Assembly: GCA_951406725.2 (NCBI GenBank)
Contig: OX597817.1
Coordinates: 160,766,001 to 160,830,000 of the forward strand
Length of the DNA stretch: 64,000 bases
Direction: 5' to 3'
DNA from: Octopus vulgaris
Lineage: Eukaryota
Positions 54,397 through 64,000 of this stretch are shown here, one piece after another (position 1 is the stretch's first letter; each line of letters starts with the position of its first letter). The notes beneath the pieces are model-generated. The model did no database searches. It saw only the letters and a program-made list of their open reading frames with translations, and was not told the origin of the DNA. The position numbers and the translations under genes are program-made.

Positions 54397-55149
54397 AGTT
54401 AGCATGGTGGAGGGGACGTAAGCAAAACGAATGAAAGGGATCCGCTATTTATTATTGTACCTAGAGATTGATAATTAACCGGCCAGCTGACGTGTATGAG
54501 ACATTTAGAAGTTTAATACCAGAAGACGACGGCTTGATCGCAGTAAATTACGAGGCGAATTTGAATGGGTTAACCCTTCCTCTATAGCTCCGGGTTTCTT
54601 TCTAAATTAAATCTAAAACACCAAGCTTAAATATTTATTAAACATTACAAGAATTCACTAGTATATACCATTGTTATTTAAGCACACTTTGAATATTCTG
54701 TCCTGAAATGCAACTATAAAATAATTTAAAATTGTTTTTGAGAGCTAATGTTGAAAATGCGACTATCAATTTAAACATAGGGATATGGTTTAAAGAAACA
54801 ACTATACTAAAATTAATTCTTTTTACCTCTTTAAAAATTCTCGGTTTGATTGGAGATGTTTAGCATTACGATGTCTAAAGTATATTAAATAATAATGTGA
54901 TTTGTTCAACGATCTTATGAGGAAAAATAATTATTAAGCTCAATATTACAAATTGAGATAGATTAAGCTCAATATATATTTTGTCGGATTAACGATTATG
55001 GATTAAATACTATTTCTCCACTCTCAGATTTATGCTTGAGTACTTTATTCTCAGTGTCCCGACGTAACTTCTTTTTGAACTTGTCACCTCCTGGATTAAT
55101 ATTAAGCTCTTTTTCTCTATTTTTAATTTTTTTCAGTTGTGTTCTCTGC

Positions 55150-55372
55150 TTTACTCTTTTACTCTTTTACTTGTTTCAGTCATTTGACTGCGGCCATGCT
55201 GGAGCACCGCCTTTAATCGAGCAACTCGACCCCGGGACTTATTCTTTTGTAAGCCCAGTACTTATTCTATCGGTCTCTTTTGCCAAACCGCTAAGTAACG
55301 GGGACATAAACACACCAGCATCGGTTGTCAAGCAATGCTAGGGGGACAAACACAGATACACAAACACACACA

Positions 55373-55426
<54 letters not shown>

Positions 55427-55581
55427 TACGACGGGCTTCTTTCAGTTTCCGTCTACCAAATCCACTCACAAGGCATTGGTCGGCCCGAGGCTATAGTAGA
55501 AGACACTTGCCCAAGGTGCCACGCAGTGGGACTGAACCCGGAACCATGTGGTTGGTAGACAAGCTACTTACCACACAGCCA
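55150..55581 (-). mobile_element. SINE family A, inverted relative to 55948-56404
   Basis: Near-identical reverse complement of the adjacent copy. Confidence 0.9.
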
Positions 55582-55947
55582 CGTCCAGTTTTCTAGTTTG
55601 ATTTTTGTGGAACAGTAAACACTGTGAAGGCAATAAAACTTACTTATTATAGAAGTTTAATACAACGAAGTAGATAAATAAGATGCCAAGTTTCTTAATA
55701 TCCGCTGCCTTTGAATTTAATTATTGTAATTTGCTTAATCTAACGTGTATCGGATACCGAAAATAGCGTAGTGGTGGCGGCTCATATATACTACATGTAA
55801 TACACAAGACATCTCCCTGGCATTCATGCATCATATATGACACACATTCTCAATTTTTTTTCAACCACTGAGTAACATGGGACTTATGAAAAGGAAAACT
55901 CAGAACATATGAAACAAGAACAAATAAAAAGTCCGAAAACAAGCATA

Positions 55948-56404
55948 GAGTGGCTGTGTGGTAAGTAGCTTGTCTACCAACCACATGGTTCCGGGTTCAG
56001 TCCCACTGCGTGGCATCTTGGGCAAGTGTCTTCTGCTATAGCCCCGGGCCGACCAATGCCTTGTGAGTGGATTTGGTAGACGGAAACTGAAAGAAGCCTG
56101 TCGTATATATGTATATATATATATATTTATGTGTGTGTGTGTTTGTCCCCCGAGCATTGCTTGACAACCGATGCTGGTGTGTTTACGTCCCCGTCACTTT
56201 GCGGTTCGGCAAAAGAGACCGATAGAATAAGTACTGGGCTTACAAAGAATAAGTCCCGGGGTCGATTTGCTCGACTAAACGCGGTGCTCCAGCATGGCCG
56301 CAGTCAAATAACTGAAACAAGTAAAAAGAGTAAAAAGAGTAAAAAAAGGCGGTGCTCCAGCATGGCCGCAGTCAAATGACTGAAACAAGTAAAAGAGTAA
56401 AAGA
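55948..56404 (+). mobile_element. tRNA-derived SINE family A (CORE-like CTTGGGCAAGT, internal TA/TG microsatellite), with a duplicated 3' tail
   Basis: A box TGGCTGTGTGGTAAG, B box GGTTCAGTCCC, tail GTAAAAGA repeats. Confidence 0.9.
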
Positions 56405-57151
56405 GAGAAAAGAGAGAGGTTTTGGATAAACTCAGGAAAATGCTTTGGGAGGCAAAGGGAACACCCAGTCATTCATAAAAAGTTGAAGGTTGTGATAATA
56501 ATGTTTAAAATAGGTGACTCCTGTCCAGGAAATACAGAGCCCGCGGCTAAAGTAATTCTTGCTGCCTGGTTTATCTGGAACTGCAGAGGGATAATCTGAT
56601 TTGGAAACGATTTATCAAAGTGGATATGTGGTTATATATGAGTACGCTTGTGTCCGTGTCTGTACACATGTACCATATATTTCTTTATTGCCCACGAGGG
56701 GCTAAACACAGAGGGGACAAACAAGGACAGACAAAGGGATTAAGTCGATTACATCGACCCCAGTGCGTAACTGGTACTTAATTCATCGACCCCGAAAGGA
56801 TGAAAGCAAAGTCGACCTCGACGGAATTTGAACTCGGAACGTAACGACACATGTACCATATATGATGGCATATATAACACGCACTTTTTGTCTTCCGTAA
56901 ATATGTCTCAAACAGAAAAAAAAAATCACCCCGGGTCGTATATAAGAAGTTGGGCCTCTCATAAGTTTATTTTGTCCCTGAAGCTGAATATGAGCAGCTG
57001 AAATTGGGGTACGGCTAATATGCCATCAAATACGGTATGCTATTGTGGTCAACCCTCATCTCGCAGTCTTACTGTCGAGCACCTGTCATTCTAATTGTCT
57101 TTTACAGTCAATCTAAGACAACACAATTCAATGTAACCCCTCCTCATTTAA

Positions 57152-57300
57152 CCCTTTTGTTACCAACCCCACCGAAACCGCCCGTGGATCTGTTGTACAA
57201 ATGTCTTGTTTTCATAAGTTTTGAATTAAAATCTTCCACCAAACCTTAGTCACAATTTATGTTCCTAACACTAGTTTAATGATAACTAAGGTATTTTACT
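57152..57300. mobile_element. TTAA-CCC-terminated non-autonomous element fragment (piggyBac-like); related reverse copy at about 11560-11760
   Basis: ttaacccttttgttaccaacc here and ggttggtagcaaaagggttaa at 11740-11760. Confidence 0.5.
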
Positions 57301-58161
57301 CTCTTTTACTCTTTTACTTGAGCAACTCGACCCCGGGACTTATTCTTTTGTAAGCCCAGTACTTATTCTATCGGTCTCTTTTGCCGAACCGCTAAGTAAC
57401 GGGGACATAAACACACCAGCATCGGTTGTCAATGCTCGGGGGACAAACACAGACACACAAACACACGCACGCACGCATATATATATATATGTACATATAT
57501 ACGACGGGCTTCTTTCAGTTTCCGTCTACCAAATCCATGGGGTGTGGGAGACAGACAGTATGTTGTGTAAGTGAAGTGCTTCTGTTAGTGTGTGTGAAGA
57601 GACAGAGTAATGTGTGAAAGAAAGAGATAGCTGATATTTTCTTACTCGGTGTATGTGTATATGTATGTATATTACTTCAAAGTTTCCCGCAAACCCATAT
57701 GTAAAAAAAAAAAATTTTTTACGGAAATCGACGGAAAGGTCTACTAGAGACGAAAGATCGCCCAATAAATAAAACAATTATAGTCGACGAGGGAACCTCA
57801 AAGTAGTTGCTCGACCTACAAGAAATAATCGCTACATTTTTCTTCGAATCATAATCCTATTGTCTTAAGAAGGAAAAAAAAAAAAAACGAATTCGTGACA
57901 GCTGAACGTCTTTGATCGTCGGTCTGATCGATCAAAGTAGTAAATAACATCTTTCGACTGAGAATACGAATTCAAATTAATAGAATAAATAAAAAATGGA
58001 AATACTGTCGATAATTCCGAATAATCATCAGATATGAGAGACTCGACTTAAGTTTGGCGAAAAGTTAAACGAAAAATAAACAGAAAAGAAAAAGAAAAAA
58101 AAAATCGATTTCCAAAGAAAAGAAATATTAACTATAAAATTGAGTAAATTTGAGAACTTAC

Positions 58162-58300
58162 CAATTAGAGTAAGAAAACAAAGAAAGCGGGATAAATTTC
58201 AGTGAAATTTGAGAAAAAATATTCCGTGTTAGCTTTGGATTTCGCTTAAAATTGTAAACATCGATTTGCGAAAGCGAGACATTGATAACCTGTCGTCTGC
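58162..58300 (-). other. Putative exon 1 of the minus-strand transcript
   Basis: Perfect donor ...CTAATTG|GTAAGT at 58161, immediately downstream of the promoter motifs. The TSS is not determinable. Confidence 0.55.
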
Positions 58301-58670
58301 CTCGTCAAACACACTGTAACCTTAATCTTCAAGCAGACCATAGCAACAGCCAATCAAAATCCTTCTCTTTATTCACTCCGATGCATAACTATCGTTTAAA
58401 GATGCATCCAAAACAATGTATGTCAATCAATTATAATGATCTTTTTTTTAAATAGAAAAAAAAAAAGAAATTAATTAAAAATATCTAATTGAAATACTAA
58501 TTAAAAAAAAAAAGCGATTACACGCATATATAGAAAGTTACACACGCGCAAACATACACATACACATATACATAATTGACACATATACATATATAAAGCG
58601 TGTATTTTCTTTCACTCCGTATAACTGTCAGCGTCACTTCCCTTTCGTTAACGTTATTCCAGACGTGGGT
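58285..58670. promoter_or_regulatory. Bidirectional promoter between STT3A (+) and the unidentified minus-strand gene
   Basis: CpG-rich and flanked by outward-facing splice donors (58161 on -, 58677 on +). Motifs: CTGTCGTCTGC 58290-58300, RFX-like CCATAGCAAC 58338-58347, CCAAT box AGCCAATCA 58348-58356, ETS-like GTCACTTCC 58633-58641, UPRE-like AGACGTGG 58661-58668. Confidence 0.65.
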
Positions 58671-58676
58671 GTTTCA
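58630..58676 (+). other. STT3A: Putative non-coding exon 1 of STT3A
   Basis: Follows an ETS-like GCGTCACTTCC motif and ends at donor tttca|GTGAGT (58677); GAC|gtgggt at 58665 is an alternative donor. The start is approximate. Confidence 0.45.
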
Positions 58677-59309
58677 GTGAGTGTACTTTTTGTTATTTAT
58701 TTACAACTAATTGCTTTTTTAAACAACTTTCCTCAAATGCTTTTAATCTAAAAGACGACGACCTTTATAAATGTCGGTAATGCTACGTAGAAAAAAATTA
58801 CCAAAGTTTTCTGCTGTTTCTAAAAGAAATTACGGCTTGAGATACTAACGCTGCTGTTTGATATAATATCGGGATGGTCTGCTGATGTGGCACAACAACA
58901 CCGGTAGTTGAAACGTGAAGCACGAACAGCTTCTTCTCCGAGGCCCCCAAAACATCCCTTATGCAAATTTACATGCAATTTCATATATGAATGTAAGTGC
59001 ATATATCTATATACATCTATACATATATGTATATATATGCACTTAACATACATAATTAGTTTTTTGATCGTTCAATGCTTCATAGACGTGTTTCCTTCAT
59101 ACTTCCTAGCCAACGTGTTCTTAGATAGACACTATCCTTGTAATGACCACACGATTACATTCACTAACATATGCCTATATATATATATATACATAGCAAT
59201 TAAGGGTAAAACTAATTAATTAAGTAGAAGAAATGGCTTAGATTTTGGCTGCTATTTCTGAATTTCGGTGTGTGGTGATGCATTTCTTTTGCTGACCCCT
59301 CAATATTAG

Positions 59310-59310
<1 letters not shown>

Positions 59311-59355
<45 letters not shown>

Positions 59356-59416
59356 TGTATGTATGTATGTATGTATGTATGTATGTATGTATGTATGTAT
59401 GTGTGTGTGTGTGTGT
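59311..59416. repeat. (TA)n-(TATG)n-(TG)n microsatellite
   Basis: Direct inspection. Confidence 0.95.
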
Positions 59417-59695
59417 TTGGGTGAACGCGTACGTGTAACTACTTGTTCAATGATCGCTGCCCATTTTCAACATTTAGAAAAAAAATTTTTTTTTTCTTTA
59501 CGTCACATTATTCATCAGATATTTGTACTTCAATACTTAAAACTGCATTATGTTAAGTACAGTGTTTCGTATAGTCGTGTAAAATAAAGTGTAATTGGTA
59601 GCTATGCACAGGCAATCACCTAGACTCACTCGATTGCATACACACTCACACGTACACGTACACACTTGTTAATTCCTAGAACACAAACTTGCCCC

Positions 59696-59730
59696 TATCT
59701 CTGATGAAGGTCTAAGTCTGAAACGTTCGC
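59696..59730 (+). ncRNA. Degenerate minimal hammerhead motif
   Basis: CTGATGA-aggtctaagtct-GAAA-cgtt core is present, but stem I does not pair convincingly. Confidence 0.4.
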
Positions 59731-60278
59731 TGCTTTTTCAAATATCAGGTTTAATATACCTCAGCTGCATTTTACTGCCTCTTCGAATTTTATTTATTAT
59801 AATTTATGTGTGCATAATATCTGTACCGTCGCTTATATATGTGTGTGTGTGTGTATACATACACGTGTCAATTATCTTAACCAGTTAAGTGGTTAAATGT
59901 TAGCATTTAACCTCTTAACTGGTGTTTTCCCCCCCCCCCCCAAGCGATGGTATGGGTTCGAAAATGTCTCCTCCCTCATATATTTGTGTGTGTATATCAT
60001 CATCATCATCATTTAGCGTCCGTTTTCCATGCTAGCATGGGTTGGACGGTTCAACTGGGGTCTGTGAAGCTGGAAGGCTGCATCAGGCCCAGTCAGATCT
60101 GGCAGTGTTTCTACGGCTGGATGCCCTTCCTAACGCCAACCACTCCGTGAGTGTAGTGGGTGCTTTTTACGTGCCACCCACACAAATAATTCATGGCTTA
60201 TAATCATTCCAAAGAAAGTAAGAAAATGGAAATATAACATTTTATAAAAATTTATTATCTGCAAAAATCAAGCATCGT

Positions 60279-60361
60279 CCCTTACAGCTGTTTCACTTAA
60301 GCCTAATAGATTAAATAACAATTATCAAAATCATTATATTAGCCAAAATCTCTTCAGAGGG
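60279..60361 (-). ncRNA. Type-I hammerhead ribozyme with extended stem II
   Basis: Reverse complement: ccct-CTGAAGA-(56 nt including ctaata/tattag pairing)-GAAA-cagctg-TA-aggg. Stem I ccct/aggg. Confidence 0.75.
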
Positions 60362-60427
60362 GTAGAAAAAAGATATACTGTTAGGTTTTTAAGTGTTGTA
60401 TTTTAGAACCATTGCAGCAGATTGCTG

Positions 60428-60803
60428 GAGTGGCTGTGTGGTAAGTAGCTTCCTTACCAACCACATGGTTCCGGGTTCAGTCCCACTGCAAGGCACCTTG
60501 GGCAAGTGTCTTCTACTATAGCCTCAGGCTGACCAAAGCCTTGTGAGTGGATTTGGTAGACGGCAACTGAAAGAAGCCCATTGTATATATATATATATAT
60601 GTTTGTGTGTCTGTGTTTTTCCCCCCAACATCGCTTGACAACTGATGCTAGTGTGTTAATGTCTCTGTAACTTAGCGGTTCGGCAAAAGGAGACCAATAG
60701 AATAAGTACTAGGCTTACAAAGAATAAGTCCTGGAGTCGATTTGTTAAACTAAAGGCAGTGCTCCAGCATGGCCACAGTCAAATGACTGAAACGAGTAAA
60801 AGA
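60428..60803 (+). mobile_element. SINE family A
   Basis: Full-length match to the family consensus. Confidence 0.9.
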
Positions 60804-61910
60804 ATGGTCTACTTGTGTTGGAGTGTTGAAGGAAGACTTTTACTGTGACACATTAATAATGCTGTTACAGAATTCTTAAGTCCAGTTAAGCTTGTATAAT
60901 AACCTTATAGATCTTTATCTCACAGCTTGCATCCTCTGGAAACAAGTCAAGCCTAGATATCTAGTGTCAGTGAAAGTTGTAGGGTCAACGTCATGTCAAC
61001 AAATTGCAGAGACCTATGGATTTAGAGATCCTTTACTTCAATAACAGATATAAGTTATTGAGAAGTACGGTGTTAGTCTGTAAAACACTATTTCAGTAAT
61101 ATATTCATCTAACCCATGTTAGCATGGCAACAGAAATGTAAAATGAACTTTTCTTTTGCTAGCATGTTTTAGGCAGTTATGTTAACAAGGCATTGTTTTA
61201 CAGCTGGATGCTCTTCCAGTACTAACCCTTATTTTTCAAATAAGGATTCTTTTTTTTCTGCATGTTTTTGAGTGTAGAGCCAGAAAATGATTTATATGCA
61301 TAATAATGTGTATGTAGTAATGTCCCCTTTTTTATGCTTGCATGAGTTAGATGGAATTTATTGAGGTAGATTTTCTGAGACCTCAAAGTAAACCTAACAA
61401 AGTAAGCAGGAATAAACACAATACTCTACTGCCGTCTAGACAGTGGCCGTGTTCAGTATGAAAACGAATAAGTAGTAAGCAGGAATTGTGTACAGTGTAC
61501 TCAATGTAAATTATAGGTAACAGGAGTTGGTGTGGGCAGTAAAAGAGATTTTGGAGGATGAATATTAGTATTTGGATCAATTGAGGTTGTTGACTTACTA
61601 GAAACATTAGTTAGCACAAAAGGTCTCATGATCGAGTTGCAACATTTTGAATGCATCCCTTCTTCATAAGGTAATCCTTCCCAAAGCCACTTATCGATAC
61701 TATGATTTATCAGTACAGTGATTCAGATTACTTATCGGTTATAGGGACACCTTTAAATCTTATTTTAATGCACATGTCACAAGATATAACAAATTCTTCA
61801 GTATCTCTACCAAGATTAGGTCACCAATCATAAGCCCATGCTTTTCTTCAGTGCTTACTGAGTATTATTTGTGGAATGAACTTTTGCACAGTAAACTTTT
61901 AGAATAGTCT

Positions 61911-62298
61911 CATCATCATCATTTAGCGTCTGTTTTCCATGCTAGCATGGGTTGGACGGTTTAACTGGGGTCTGTGAAGCCGGAAGGCTTCATCAGGCCC
62001 AGTCAGATTTGGCAGTGTTTCTACGGCTGGATGCCCTTCCTAATGCCAACCACTCCGTGAGTGTAGTGGGTGCTTTTTACGTGCCACCTGCACAGGTGCC
62101 AGACAGAGCTGGCAAACGGCCACGAACGGATGGTGTTTTTTCATGCCACTGGCACGGGGCCAGGCGAGGCTGGCAACGGACACGAACGGATGGTGCTTTT
62201 ACGTGCTACCGGCACGGGGGCCAGGCGAGGCTGGCAACAGACACGAGCGGATGGTGCTTTTACGTGCTACCAGCACGGGGGCCAGGCGAGGCTGGCAA
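61911..62298 (-). mobile_element. SINE-like family B with about 4 internal units; further copies at about 4548-4832(-), 10837-11190(-), 15066-15345(+), 31738-32180(-), 34074-34249(+), 35928-36410(+) and 59998-60179(-)
   Basis: (CAT)n-tttagcgtc...ccatgctagcatgggttggacgg...ctggatgcccttcctaa consensus. Confidence 0.88.
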
Positions 62299-63656
62299 GT
62301 TTTTATTAAAGGTAGGATTGCAGTTTAATGTCAGTATCTATCAGTGACTTTGCTGATTAATGATAATTTTTACAGTGGATCCATTTTCATTCCAACTAGG
62401 TAACCATTCAATTTACAAAGAACCCAGTGTAAATTATCCTTTCTTGCCCAATTAATATTCACAGTTACTTCTTCATCAGATTATTTTGGACCATTAATTC
62501 TAATATTAATGATAGGCTTTATAGAGTGTAGTAGTTTTGACCTGCAGGATTCGCTGAAAGTAGCCCAGTCTACTACAACTAAGGTAGTAGTTCTTATGTG
62601 CAAGACATGACCTAGAAGAATATGGTGGTCCACAGTTACTAGTTTTGCTTCTACTTGCTGTTTGCTAAATGTCCTTTGATGAGAGTCCTTGATTGCTGTA
62701 TAAAATAATTCTGTATTAAATCCTACTTTTATCACAGATTCAAGAGCAATTATTCATTCTGGTTACACCATTACAGCAAAGCTACTTATGTCTGAGATGG
62801 ACACTTTAGATAAAGTTGTTTTCATTTTTGTCTGAGCTCATTCCATTAATGAAAAAAAAAACTTTTTATAAACTCTGCTTCTGGGCCATTTTTAATCATT
62901 TGAGAATTTACATAAAGAATCAAGAGTATTGAACCTTAGCAGAAAAATCATTCTCTGATTCTCTTTGCTTTGGTTTTAGGTCCAAATTTTGACGTATCTA
63001 AGATAATTCTTTGTTCAGGCTTTATTTTCCCTTCACCACTCCAACTTTTTTTTATTGAAAAATCTCAATTTGTTCTATGATATAGTACATCTGTTTTTTT
63101 TTTTTTTTGTTTGCATTGATGCTTCTTAATGCAAAGAATTTCAGTTTAAACTAGTTGAGGCTGCTAGACTTAAGTCATCTACAACCAGTTTTGCGTTAAC
63201 ACTGTAATAGCCATACCTCTGCTTCATGAGCATTATAAAAAGTTAAGTATTTTTTTTTTTATTCCACCTTGGTGTTATTAACTGATTATTAGAGTAGTAA
63301 GTCATTTTGTGTTTCACTATCATCATTATCATTTTTCTCTCCATTTTTGCATACTTGCACAGTGTTTTGCCACATTTCTTTGTCATCTTCTGAGAGATCA
63401 GCTTTTACCATTTCTGCTTACAGTGTGGTGTTATGTGGGGAGAGCCCTACAGCATAATGTTGAGTTCTGCAAAGTGTTGAGGTTAGAGAGTTCTCCATTG
63501 TTTAGTGGAGAGTTCTACAATGAAAATGTTATGGTTCGAGATTTTTGAAGTGTGTTGCTGTGATATTGTAGTTCAAGGGTTCTAAAGAGAAAATATCACA
63601 ATAAAAAAAATATTAAATTTTACATTTTTTTCTTTTTTTCTCAGAGAGGAAACAAA

Positions 63657-63747
63657 ATGGTAACTCAAGCATGGCGTCTTCGCCTGTCGCCAGAAAAACA
63701 GGACACTTTGTTAAAAATGACAATTCTCACAATTGCTGCAGTCTTGT
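63657..63747 (+). CDS. STT3A: First coding exon of oligosaccharyltransferase catalytic subunit STT3A (gene continues beyond the window)
   Basis: Acceptor ttttttctcag|63645, ATG at 63657 in AAAATGG context. Translates [30 protein letters not shown]+T|gtaagt, closely matching the human STT3A N-terminus ([24 protein letters not shown]). Phase-1 donor at 63748. Confidence 0.93.
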
Positions 63748-64000
63748 GTAAGTATCTCTCTCTTAATTTCTCCTTTTTATGTCAGTTATCTTAAAACAGG
63801 AGTAGGATTATGTCAGTAGTTGCTAGGGACTTAACAAATGAGAAACAAAGTGAAGTAAGCCTCAATTTAAACTGCTATTAATTGAACTAACAATTTGTTC
63901 TTGGGTTACCCATCGATGGTCTTACTATCAAGTAGCAGCCTCATTTTGTGATATTTTTATGTTTGTAGTAGGTTTTAATAAAGAAAAGAGACTCCCACTT

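Noticed and set aside
61952-62347. Recurrent ORFs MDG..AVFLRLDALPNANHS (also 673-924 and 47866-48273)
   Set aside because: They are antisense translations of the multi-copy SINE-like family B.

Overview
AT-rich eukaryotic genomic DNA. It is most likely from an octopus, which I infer from the tRNA-derived SINE families and the dense (TA)n/(CA)n/(GAT)n microsatellites. A CpG-rich bidirectional promoter at about 58.3-58.7 kb drives STT3A to the right: a candidate non-coding exon 1 ends near 58676, and the first coding exon at 63657-63747 encodes [30 protein letters not shown]. To the left it drives an unidentified, long-intron transcript with candidate exons at 58162-~58300, 50795-50857, 46144-46205, 21708-20660 and 12211-~12140. 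Spliced together, these exons give two consecutive small ORFs that both end in CaaX-type motifs (...QLCAVI* and ...PNCILY*), followed by another splice donor. This suggests a polycistronic or uORF-rich leader whose main ORF would lie beyond the left edge; it is a hypothesis, not a confirmed gene model. The introns are packed with mobile DNA: four SINE families, non-autonomous Helitrons, piggyBac, hAT, Mariner, Tigger, Merlin-like and MULE-like remnants, and CR1, RTE and RLE-type LINE fragments. There is also a set of unrelated fold-back or single-copy elements, mostly at (TA)n tracts, that carry minimal type-I hammerhead ribozymes of the Penelope-like-element type. Repeat boundaries were read by eye and are approximate unless a TSD or TIR is quoted.
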